From the NCBI GenBank assembly GCA_965215825.1, contig CBDCEM010000002.1:1614504-1678503 (forward strand): 64,000 bases of DNA. Direction: 5' to 3'. Both the position numbers and the translations under genes were made by a program. This document shows positions 49,157-58,487 of this stretch, piece after piece. The notes under the pieces were generated by a model that did not search any database, was not told the DNA's origin, and saw only the letters and a list, made by a program, of their open reading frames with translations. Each line of letters opens with the position of its first letter. Position 1 is the stretch's first letter. Origin of the DNA: Cyclobacteriaceae bacterium (GTDB lineage Bacteria; Bacteroidota; Bacteroidia; Cytophagales; Cyclobacteriaceae).

Positions 49157-50506
49157 TTAATAGGCCAACGCCCGGTCTAATTGAGCTTTGCTGGCCAGGA
49201 GACGGTATTTTGAAAGGTTGAGTTGTAGCCTGGAAGTCAATGCAACGGAACGCGCATCCAGGTACTGAACGAGCAGGGCCTGGGACTCGCGGTATTTGCT
49301 GGACATGATGTCGAAGCTTTTGTCTGCACTTCTTTGTGCAAGTTCTTGCGAGCGGTATCGTTTTTTTGCCGCGATATAAGAACTATTGGCACGAGTTATT
49401 TCAAGGGCAATTTGTCTCTTCAGTTGTTGCTCCTGACTTTCGATGATATCAAGAGATACCCTGGCTTGCTCTATTTGACGCCTGGTTCGAAAACCCTTGA
49501 AAATACTCCATGAAAAGCCAAGGTTCAGCAACCAGTAATTTTCTTCCGATCCGAAGTTGTAGTCGTCACCCTGATAGCCCATGTCAAAAACAGCATTGAC
49601 TTGAGGTAAGCGTGTACCTTGTGCCAAACGGATGGCCTGAAATTGTGCTTCCTGTGCAAATCGTATTTGATTCAGTTCCTGACGTCTGGTGAATGCCTCT
49701 TCATAAGAAACCTGGGCATCTGTTGCAATCAATGACCCGATGCTCAACTCTTTATCTTCGTTGATTGCTATTTGATAGTCTCTGTTAAGGAGAAAATTAA
49801 AATATGCCCTTGCAGTTTCTTCATCTGCCTGTGCGGAAGATAGGTCCGCTTGCAATTGAGCTAACTCAAATTGAGCGCGATACACCTCATCCAACGTTAT
49901 CTGATTTTCACGGTGCCTTTTTTGGTTGAAGTCAACCAATGCTTCGAGTAATTCCATATTGGACTCGTAGATTCGAATGGCTTCTACCGCTTGCCAATAA
50001 TTGAAATAAGCTACTTTGATCTCCATCTTCAGTTCTTCCTCATAGGCAGAGCGCTTCGCCTCTGAAGCTTTTAGCAATTGTTCTTGCGCTTTTTGATTGT
50101 AGTAGATATCGGAATTGAAGAGCGGCTGAATGACTCTGATCTTTGTGTCATGAAAATTATTCGGTAAGAATTGTTCATTAACATTTTCAATGGTGGGAAA
50201 CTGATTCGTTCCGGTCAGTTGATTGAGTGTACCGTAAACTGGGTTAAGTAGGTCTCCGATGGGGAAATTGATAGCTCGACCACCGCTGGCCAGTGTATAA
50301 TCCGATTGTAAGTTCACAGTAGGTAAGTACAATCCCTTCGATTCCGATAGGGCTAATTGGTTTGAAGTCACAGTAAGTGACTCCTGCAAGAGTTGCTGAT
50401 TGTTTTGAAGACCTTCAGCAACATATTTTTCCAATACGGATTGGGCTACTGATGCAAAACTGAATAGCCAGGCGGCAAACAACCCGAAGTATTTTAAAAC
50501 ACTCAT
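49157..50506 (-). CDS. TolC-family outer-membrane efflux channel
   Basis: 449 aa, signal peptide, two coiled-coil/beta repeats. Confidence 0.85.
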   Translation of the reverse strand: MSVLKYFGLFAAWLFSFASVAQSVLEKYVAEGLQNNQQLLQESLTVTSNQLALSESKGLYLPTVNLQSDYTLASGGRAINFPIGDLLNPVYGTLNQLTGTNQFPTIENVNEQFLPNNFHDTKIRVIQPLFNSDIYYNQKAQEQLLKASEAKRSAYEEELKMEIKVAYFNYWQAVEAIRIYESNMELLEALVDFNQKRHRENQITLDEVYRAQFELAQLQADLSSAQADEETARAYFNFLLNRDYQIAINEDKELSIGSLIATDAQVSYEEAFTRRQELNQIRFAQEAQFQAIRLAQGTRLPQVNAVFDMGYQGDDYNFGSEENYWLLNLGFSWSIFKGFRTRRQIEQARVSLDIIESQEQQLKRQIALEITRANSSYIAAKKRYRSQELAQRSADKSFDIMSSKYRESQALLVQYLDARSVALTSRLQLNLSKYRLLASKAQLDRALAY

Positions 50507-50696
50507 TTTAATCTTGAGTTTAGGTTCTTGGTTAGAAAAACAAACGGAAGAGGCACCTGGATTGGAACCACAACCCGAGTGAAGCCTGAAAATTCACCCT
50601 TCAATCGTGGGTAAGGCCTGGTGAGTCGTGTCAATGAAAATTTATAAGTGTACATCGGTCGTTTACTTAACAGTGTTTAGTAATGGATAAAATTTT

Positions 50697-51299
50697 TTAA
50701 TCAGGGTCGAGCATACGGGTGATTGCGCCTAAGGTACTTTCCATAAGCACTTCTACGTTTTCCTCTTCATACATGCTTAAACGTTTCCGCAGTTTTAAGG
50801 AAGCTAAACCATGCACCGCTGACCAGATGGCCAAGGATAAGGGATGCAATTCATGGCCTTTGAAATGCCCGTCATCCATGCATTCCTGAACAGTATTCAT
50901 CAAAATATCGTGACTTCTTTCTCCTGACCATTTTTGATCTTCATGCTCCACTGGAGCGCGATTAACAAACATCAAGTCATAGTATGCAGGATGATCCGCG
51001 GCAAATTTCAAATACTGCTGCCCCAGGTTTTTGAGTCGTTCCATGGGGTCGCTAATCGGTATTACAGCCGAGAAGTATTCGAAGAACACGGAAAATGCAC
51101 GTTCGCTGACCGTGGCAAAAAGTTCATTCTTGTCTTTGAAATGGAGGTAAATCGTTGCCGGACTGTATTCTATCTTGTCAGCAATCATGCGAATACTGGC
51201 CCTTTCAAACCCTTGCTCTAAAAAGAGATCTGTAGCCGCAGATACAATCTTCTCTTTTAGCTCCAGCTTTTCCCGCTCTTTGCGTTCAGATATTCCCAT
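50697..51299 (-). CDS. TetR/AcrR-family transcriptional regulator
   Basis: N-terminal HTH (…ASIRMIADKIEYSPATIYLHFKDKNELF…). Confidence 0.85.
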   Translation of the reverse strand: MGISERKEREKLELKEKIVSAATDLFLEQGFERASIRMIADKIEYSPATIYLHFKDKNELFATVSERAFSVFFEYFSAVIPISDPMERLKNLGQQYLKFAADHPAYYDLMFVNRAPVEHEDQKWSGERSHDILMNTVQECMDDGHFKGHELHPLSLAIWSAVHGLASLKLRKRLSMYEEENVEVLMESTLGAITRMLDPD

Positions 51300-51649
51300 T
51301 TAATAAACGATTTTCATTTACTAAACAGTGTTTAGCGGAAAAGGTTTCAAATCATTAGGCATTTTTTTATGCTTTTTGGTAAATCGAGTAAGCAGTAAAA
51401 ATCAGTTGCTTCAGTTTGAGAATGATTGAAGGCTGTGAGGGTTAAAACATGAACTCTTTGTAAAGAAAATCCCAAAATCTATACATAAGAAAGATCGTTT
51501 GTAAAGAAGATGGAGATTCCTTCACATAAGTCAGGTAGGTATTTTATGCATTACCTCAATGAGTTGACTAAAGGGGGTTATTTAGAGAGACGTAAGTTTG
51601 GCCCAGCCAATTACTATATCAATACGCGGCTTTTTGATTTGCTACTTAC

Positions 51650-52915
51650 CTATTGATCTCCAATCTTTCGCTGAATTGCTTGCGATATGACAAGGCTCAA
51701 CACAACAAAAGAAGAGAATAAGAAAAAGCCGGTGTTCAAGGTGGATCCATTTGTCGTGAGCATCTCGTAAGCTCCGGAATTTTCAAGTTGCTTCAACTGA
51801 TCGGTGAGGATACTGGCGAACCCAATGTACGCCATGAAAATGGCTACTACCATTACATCGGCCATGGACCATTTTCCTGATTTGAATACAAAAAAGCCAA
51901 TGATCTTATTAGACTGTAGTTTTTTGGCATTCAGCATGAGAAACGAGCAAATGACCTTAGTCAGCGGAAACAACACACTGAAAGCCAACACCAGAAATCC
52001 TACTGCTGCAATGTCCCAGTTGCCTTGTGTGATCATGAGCCGTACCACTTCCAGAATACTTTTGCTTTTGAAATAGAGGACCTGATCATCAAAAGCAACC
52101 ATTTCCCCAAGGATGACAAACTTGAATGCCGCAATTCTTGCATCAATATCAATCATTGGTAGCAGCACGCCGGCCAACAATAGAAAGACACTACTTCCTA
52201 ATACCACCATCAATTCGACAGATGAGATCTGCTTGTAGAACAGCATGAAAAGTGCAAACACCACAATCAGGAAATAAAGAAGGCCCCTGTACGGAGAGGA
52301 AGTCGAGTAATTGGCTAATAGCTTGCTTCTCAATTCCTCTTTGGCTGAATCTACGTCAGACTGGTCATACTTTGCAAGGATCGCATCCCTATCAGAGTAA
52401 TCAACCTGCGAAAAGCTATCCTCCGAGTACTTATCAATGACGTCACGGATATAGGTTTGAAGGTTTTTTCTGTTTTCGGGACGTTCGAGAAACTTTAAGA
52501 TCTCATCTGCAAATTCAGGAACCCGGGCCCTAACTTGTCCGAAAACGTTGAAAGCCGAAAGTGCAGAGCTTTGTAGCATCCCCAGGAAATTTTTCGGCTT
52601 TTTCGGAGCATATTGTTTCTCCATGGTATCGATTGCTTCATGAAGAAACCCTTCGATTTCCTGCTTCATGGCTTCCTTGTTGTCCCCGGTAAAGTCAATT
52701 TCTTCGACTTTCTTAGAAAGCACTTTGGTAAGAATCTCTTTCCACTGATCTACATTGAACAATTCATATTTTGAATTAGAAAGCTCAATCAGATCTTCTT
52801 TTATTGTTCGACGTTCCTGCTCCAGGTAGAACAGCTGCAACAAGCTGAAGAGTAAAATGAATGCTAGAATGGAAAGGACTGCTATTCTGATTTGGATATT
52901 CCTGGGCTGTTGCAT
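51650..52915 (-). CDS. Membrane protein with a C-terminal PqiA-like (paraquat-inducible protein A) module
   Basis: One TM helix, then a roughly 170-aa soluble acidic region, then a four-TM PqiA-like block (…PMIDIDARIAAF…LGEMVAFDDQ…KWSMADVMVVAI…). Confidence 0.45.
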   Translation of the reverse strand: MQQPRNIQIRIAVLSILAFILLFSLLQLFYLEQERRTIKEDLIELSNSKYELFNVDQWKEILTKVLSKKVEEIDFTGDNKEAMKQEIEGFLHEAIDTMEKQYAPKKPKNFLGMLQSSALSAFNVFGQVRARVPEFADEILKFLERPENRKNLQTYIRDVIDKYSEDSFSQVDYSDRDAILAKYDQSDVDSAKEELRSKLLANYSTSSPYRGLLYFLIVVFALFMLFYKQISSVELMVVLGSSVFLLLAGVLLPMIDIDARIAAFKFVILGEMVAFDDQVLYFKSKSILEVVRLMITQGNWDIAAVGFLVLAFSVLFPLTKVICSFLMLNAKKLQSNKIIGFFVFKSGKWSMADVMVVAIFMAYIGFASILTDQLKQLENSGAYEMLTTNGSTLNTGFFLFSSFVVLSLVISQAIQRKIGDQ

Positions 52916-53242
52916 GACTTAGTTTAATCGTCTAAAATACCGGAAGGTGGGGTGCCTGCCAAAAGAAGCAGTGTTTTGGGTTGACGAAATTATGACGGAT
53001 TTGTTACATCAATCGTGGTATGCAGTAATGTATGGCCAGTTTTTAACAAACTTTTAGATTCACCCTATGCGAAGCAAGAAATGCCAATCGTTGTAGGTAC
53101 TAGCTATGGTTTCTTATAAATATTTAGTCTTGGCGGTCCTGGCGCTAATGCTCGTGGGCTGTGTTCAACCCAAATTATGCATTAAGCATAATTTGCCCAA
53201 AAAGGGCAGATGAAAGCGCTGCTTTGTCTGGGTTACGCTGAC

Positions 53243-53324
53243 AAAAATTCTTTCATTAAGAATTTTTCGTCATTATTCAGTAGAATATTTTGACTAGTAA
53301 TTATTAAATATTCTACTGAATAAT
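53243..53324. promoter_or_regulatory. Two adjacent perfect palindromes (10-bp arms with a 5-nt spacer; 19-bp arms with a 15-nt spacer)
   Basis: AAAAATTCTT-tcatt-AAGAATTTTT at 53243-53267. ATTATTCAGTAGAATATTT-(15 nt)-AAATATTCTACTGAATAAT at 53272-53324. Confidence 0.55.
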
Positions 53325-53379
53325 CCGGGTTCAACAGCAGAAAAGGGTCAAAGGCAAGGAACGCCCGGACGATTCCATA

Positions 53380-53685
53380 TTGATTTCAGAAGTAGATACA
53401 AGCCGGGATTTTACTTCTGCCAACTTTCGACTGACGAACAACGCTACTCATACTTATTATTCTACCGTTATTGTAACCGCTGAATTCAGGAACAAGGGAG
53501 TGAAAATAGGATCTGAGCGGATGGTGATTTATCCATTGCCTTTGTTTGGACCCGATAGTTCTTACGTGCATGGACAACCTCTTCATCCGGCAACAAACAC
53601 AGATGAAATTCATTTGAATATTGAGAGAGCTTCCTTTTATCCGGAAAATGAGTTGAAAGCACTCTTGGAAAATAAGAATCGGTAG
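53380..53685 (+). CDS. Hypothetical protein (101 aa)
   Basis: ORF only, about 55 bp downstream of the palindromes. Confidence 0.25.
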   Translation: MISEVDTSRDFTSANFRLTNNATHTYYSTVIVTAEFRNKGVKIGSERMVIYPLPLFGPDSSYVHGQPLHPATNTDEIHLNIERASFYPENELKALLENKNR

Positions 53686-53719
53686 CAAGTATCCGGTTAT
53701 ATTTAGGAAAACCTTCAAG

Positions 53720-54601
53720 ATGGCGTTCAGATACTTACTAACCACTTCCCTTTTTATCCTCGGATCTTCATTGCTGGCCCAGTCAGATCAAAAATATCTT
53801 GGTCAAAAACCACCGGGAGTGATCCCAGAGAAATTTGCTCCGGATCTCATCTCCATGCCTTTTGAATATGAGTTTGGATCTACTTTTTCCAGAGACGGAA
53901 AAGAGTTTTTCTATGGCGTAAATGTGGCAGGAAAGGCGGAAACCCGATATTCCCAATGGGTTGACGGGAAGTGGACCAAACCTGAAGTCATTCTCTCACA
54001 CGAAACCTTTGGTTATAATGATCCCATGCTTTCAAGAGATGAGATGAAACTATACTTTATTTCCGATCAGGCCATCACCGGTGATTTGCAAAAAGACTAT
54101 GACATTTGGTACGTCGATCGTTCAGGAGGTTCATGGTCCGAACCCATCAACGCCGGCCCGATGATAAATACGGAAAGCAATGAGTATTACATTTCTTTTA
54201 CTGCTTCTGGCACCATGTATTTTGCTTCGAATACAGATGCGCCGCCCGGGAAAGGGAATAATTTTGATATCTATAAATCCGCTTTTGAAGGCGGTCAATT
54301 TCAAAAGGCTGTGAAGTTGCCGTTCAACTCGGAATACTATGAGGCGGATGTTTTCGTCGCTCCGGACGAGTCTTATGTCATTTTCGCCGCCGAAAAACCC
54401 GAGGGTCTGGGACGAGGAGATCTATACATCAGTTTTCAGGTAAACGGCAATTGGAGCACTCCCCAAAACATGGGTGAACCCATTAACGATTTAGGGCACC
54501 AACTCTGCCCCTTCGTAACCGGTGATGGGAAGTATTTTTTCTTCACCAGCAACCAGGATATTTATTGGGTAGGCAGTGAAATCCTGGAGCAGTATCGGTA
54601 A
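53720..54601 (+). CDS. Secreted WD40-like/PD40 (TolB-like) beta-propeller repeat protein
   Basis: Signal peptide plus repeated …Y.D..P..S.DGK..YF.S……G..DIY… units. Confidence 0.55.
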   Translation: MAFRYLLTTSLFILGSSLLAQSDQKYLGQKPPGVIPEKFAPDLISMPFEYEFGSTFSRDGKEFFYGVNVAGKAETRYSQWVDGKWTKPEVILSHETFGYNDPMLSRDEMKLYFISDQAITGDLQKDYDIWYVDRSGGSWSEPINAGPMINTESNEYYISFTASGTMYFASNTDAPPGKGNNFDIYKSAFEGGQFQKAVKLPFNSEYYEADVFVAPDESYVIFAAEKPEGLGRGDLYISFQVNGNWSTPQNMGEPINDLGHQLCPFVTGDGKYFFFTSNQDIYWVGSEILEQYR

Positions 54602-54683
54602 ACAACTGTCTTCTTGCTTGTCAAAGTGTCAGTTTTTCGATTTGGATTAAAGGTGCTTCCTCATTTACTAGCCGTTCTAACAT

Positions 54684-55755
54684 AGCACCTCAGTGCTGAG
54701 TGGGAGTGATGAAGAAGAGCAGGTAGCTATTCGCTATTTACTTTTCGCTTGAAATTAAAATCACAAGCATCAGCCATCAAGTTGATGAAACCTGAAATTC
54801 TAAGCAGTTAATGAAGCACGTCAATAGGAAGGTATGAAATAGCACCTCGGTGCTGAGTACAAGTACCAAGAAGGGCAGAAAAGCTATTCGCTATTTACTT
54901 TTCGCTTGAAATTAAAATCACAAGCATCAGCTATCAAATTGATGAAACCTGAAATTCTAAGCAGTTAATGAAGCACGTCAATAGGAAGGTATGAAATAGC
55001 ACCTCGGTGCTGAGTACAAGTACCAAGAAGGGCAGAAAAGCTATTCGCTATTTACTTTTCGCTTGAAATTAAAATCACAAGCATCAGCTATCAAATTGAT
55101 GAAACCTGAAATTCTAAGCAGTTAATGAAGCACGTCAATAGGAAGGTATGAAATAGCACCTCGGTGCTGAGTACAAGTACCAAGAAGGGCAGAAAGCTAC
55201 TCGCTATTTACTTTTCGCTTGAAATTAAAATCACAAGCATCAGCCATCAAGTTGATGAAACCTGAAATTCTAAGCAGTTAATGAAGCACGTCAATAGGAA
55301 GGTATGAAATAGCACCTCGGTGCTGAGTACAAGTACCAAGAAGGGCAGAAAAGCTATTCGCTATTTACTTTTCGCTTGAAATTAAAATCACAAGCATCAG
55401 CTATCAAATTGATGAAACCTGAAATTCTAAGCAGTTAATGAAGCACGTCAATAGGAAGGTATGAAATAGCACCTCGGTGCTGAGTACAAGTACCAAGAAG
55501 GGCAGAAAAGCTATTCGCTATTTACTTTTCGCTTGAAATTAAAATCACAAGCATCAGCTATCAAATTGATGAAACCTGAAATTCTAAGCAGTTAATGAAG
55601 CACGTCAATAGGAAGGTATGAAATAGCACCTCGGTGCTGAGTACAAGTACCAAGAAGGGCAGAAAGCTATTCGCTATTTACTTTTCGCTTGAAAGTAAAA
55701 TCACAAGCATCAGCTATCAAATTGATGAAACCTGAAATTCTAAGCAGTTAATGAA
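54684..55755. repeat. Tandem array of about 6.8 copies of a 157-bp non-coding unit
   Basis: Unit starts at 54684, 54841, 54998, 55155, 55311, 55468 and 55625. Copies 2-7 are more than 98% identical and copy 1 is diverged. Each unit contains the AGCACC-TCG-GTGCT hairpin. Confidence 0.9.
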
Positions 55756-56830
55756 AGCTACTATAACTCTCCGACCCCTTCGCCAGCTTTCCTCGATAGA
55801 TCCAGTGAATAATGATGGTATAACCGGTGATCAGGAAAATGCCAATGATCCACCACCCAATGGCAATATTCAATCCATATGCTGACGCGGAGGCTGAGTA
55901 GACTGTGATGTCAGGATTAACCTGATTGGTACTTGGGAGCAACGCGGGAAATAGACCTATAACCGCTGCGGTAAACATGCCGGCAATGAACAAACTGCTA
56001 CAGATAAAGGCGGCAAATGGCTTGTCCTTCTTCAGGAATTGGGTGTTGGCGATCAATGCGATCAAACTTATCAATGGAATGATAAGTAAGGCAAGGTTTT
56101 CTGTCAGTCGAGTAGTAATTCTTGGTTGAATGTCCGGCATCATGTGGAAAGAAACGATCATCATCGCAAGAATTGCTACCGAAAGAACAACATTCACTTT
56201 TTTGATCCGATCGGACAATTCTTTGTCCTCAATTTTTAGGAGCACCCAGTTCCCACCATGTATGGTAAATGTCAAAGTAGCAATCAATCCGACCAGTAGC
56301 GTGAATATATCAATAACACCCACATCCTCGCCGGGAAAGAAGGTAGTCCACAAAGGCGCAAAGAAATAGTGCGCTTCGTAAGCAGAAATGCCTTCTGAAA
56401 CACCGCCAAGGTTGACTCCTCTTAGGATGTTCCCAAAGGCAATTCCGAAGATCAGAGCGAGTAACAAACTGGAAAAGCCAAACAATCTATCCCAAAAAGA
56501 TTTCCACATGGGATGATCGATTTGATTCCTCAATTCCAGGCTGATGGCCCGACCCATGATCAGCCAAAGTACCATCATGAGCGGCAAATAGAAACCGCTA
56601 AAGAACGACGCATACAAGGTAGGAAATGCCATGAACAGCAAGCCGCCTCCGGCTACCAGCCATACTTCATTACCGTCCCAGAAAGGTCCGATGCTACGTC
56701 GAATCAAGATGCCTTCTTTTTCATCTCTGGCCACAAACAACGTCAAAATTCCAGCACCAAAATCAAAGCCATCCAGGATGGCATACATGATAAACATGAA
56801 GGTGAGAATACTAAGCCAGGTGATCTCCAT
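55748..56830 (-). CDS. cydB: Cytochrome bd ubiquinol oxidase subunit II
   Basis: MEITWLSILTFMFIMYAILDGFDFGAGIL is the canonical CydB N-terminus. This is the ATG at 56830 rather than the longer ORF-track start. Confidence 0.85.
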   Translation of the reverse strand: MEITWLSILTFMFIMYAILDGFDFGAGILTLFVARDEKEGILIRRSIGPFWDGNEVWLVAGGGLLFMAFPTLYASFFSGFYLPLMMVLWLIMGRAISLELRNQIDHPMWKSFWDRLFGFSSLLLALIFGIAFGNILRGVNLGGVSEGISAYEAHYFFAPLWTTFFPGEDVGVIDIFTLLVGLIATLTFTIHGGNWVLLKIEDKELSDRIKKVNVVLSVAILAMMIVSFHMMPDIQPRITTRLTENLALLIIPLISLIALIANTQFLKKDKPFAAFICSSLFIAGMFTAAVIGLFPALLPSTNQVNPDITVYSASASAYGLNIAIGWWIIGIFLITGYTIIIHWIYRGKLAKGSESYSSFH

Positions 56831-58181
56831 CGTCTTGAATTTTAGGTTGTGTAACAGGTGTGGGACCCAGGTTGATAATTCGTCCGACCAATAAAATGAA
56901 TAGCAGGCCCAGCAAAAAGTAAAGCCCAATAAACCCAAGGAAAGTAAATAAGGTATTACCAGCCGATACGGTAGGAGAAGCCCCCTCCGCAGTGCGCAGC
57001 AATTTGTAAACCAGGTAAGGTTGTCGTCCCAGTTCGGCCGTCATCCATCCGGCGGTATTAGCGATATAAGGGAGCGGTAGAAAGGCCATGATGAGCCAAA
57101 GTAACCATCGCATTTGAAATAGCTTCTTGCGATAAAGGAAGAGAGCTGCCGCTGACATCAGGCCAATGAATAAGGTGCCCAACCCCACCATGACGTGAAA
57201 GGAATAATAAAGCAGTGGAACATTCGTAGGCAATTCTTCTTCCGGATAGTCATTCATGCCTTTCACTTCTGCCTGGAAGCGCGTGTAAGTGATCAGACTC
57301 AGGACATAGGGGATGTGGATCGGATTGTCGATGCGTTTCATTTCCATGTTTGGTTGTCCGATCAGGACGATCCCGGCACCCTCTTCACTTTCAAAGAGTC
57401 CCTCCATGGCCGCAAGTGTCGATGGTTGAAACTCAGCTACATTTTTAGCTTGTTGGTCACCGGTGGGAAAGACAACAAGAAACGAAGCAATAAGCCCGCT
57501 GATCACACCGATTTTTATGAACATTTTGCCAAATTCTTCGTGCCTTTTCATCAACAAGTAAAAGGCACCCACTCCAGCAACCACAAACGAAGCAGTCACC
57601 AATGAGGCAATCATGTTGTGGGCATATTCCCAGTACAGCCATGGATTTTTGAAAAGGGCTGAAAAGCTGGTGAGCATGATCTTACCACTTTCATCAATGA
57701 TATAGCCGACCGGGTTTTGCATCCATGCATGTGTCGCAATGATAAAGAACCCACTCAACCACGAGCCGAGAAACACACAGCAACAAGCCGTCCAATGTAA
57801 CCATTGTGGCACTTTCTTTTCTCCGAAAAGCATCAGACCAATGAAGGCACTTTCCAGAAAGAAGGAAAACATGCCTTCCATGGCAAGCGTTTGGCCCACC
57901 ACACTGCCGGTTAATTCCGAGAACTTGGCCCAGTTAGTCCCAAACTGAAACTCCATGGGAATCCCGGTTACCACCCCCATGACGAAGTTGATGGCAAATA
58001 TTTTGATCCAAAACCTACTTGCCTGGTGGTAGCGCTCATCGTCCCTTTTCATGGCAATGGTCTTCATGATGAGGATCAACAAAGACAATCCCATCGTGAG
58101 TTGTGGGAAGAGGTAATGAAACGTGATCGTGAAGGCAAATTGCAAGCGATCGTACAAGATCATGTCTTCCATAGACAGCAA
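56811..58181 (-). CDS. cydA: Cytochrome bd ubiquinol oxidase subunit I
   Basis: Conserved N-terminus (…RLQFAFTITFHYLFPQLTMG…), Q-loop, nine TM helices. Confidence 0.85.
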   Translation of the reverse strand: MLSMEDMILYDRLQFAFTITFHYLFPQLTMGLSLLILIMKTIAMKRDDERYHQASRFWIKIFAINFVMGVVTGIPMEFQFGTNWAKFSELTGSVVGQTLAMEGMFSFFLESAFIGLMLFGEKKVPQWLHWTACCCVFLGSWLSGFFIIATHAWMQNPVGYIIDESGKIMLTSFSALFKNPWLYWEYAHNMIASLVTASFVVAGVGAFYLLMKRHEEFGKMFIKIGVISGLIASFLVVFPTGDQQAKNVAEFQPSTLAAMEGLFESEEGAGIVLIGQPNMEMKRIDNPIHIPYVLSLITYTRFQAEVKGMNDYPEEELPTNVPLLYYSFHVMVGLGTLFIGLMSAAALFLYRKKLFQMRWLLWLIMAFLPLPYIANTAGWMTAELGRQPYLVYKLLRTAEGASPTVSAGNTLFTFLGFIGLYFLLGLLFILLVGRIINLGPTPVTQPKIQDDGDHLA

Positions 58182-58487
58182 GTTTTGTAGTGAGCGATGT
58201 TGCTATTGGCAAAGGTCGCTCAGGATGTTGAATCGTTACGGAATTCTACGAAAAATAAGCGCGGTGGTCTAAGATTTATGGATGATTTTTTGAGGTGATG
58301 AATGGGGTTGGGAGTGTGAGGTTGGAGAAAGTTTTTTTTGAAAGCAGAAAATGAAGTGCTAATATTGAGTTTACAAAACCATTGAGCAACTTGAGGGGAC
58401 ATGTGACAGCTAATTGATCCTTTCCTTTTGTGTATCTTATTTGAATCCAGGTGGTTTTGTGACATGATAACTGAATAAAAACACAAA

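Noticed and set aside
54684-55755. Possibility that the repeat array is a CRISPR locus.
   Set aside because: The whole 157-bp unit repeats with no unique spacers. The unit is far longer than CRISPR repeats, and no cas genes are nearby.
55748-58181. Longer N-terminal extensions of cydB (to 56938) and of the RidA gene (to 36940), as given by the ORF track.
   Set aside because: Internal ATGs give canonical family N-termini and remove large overlaps with the neighbouring genes.
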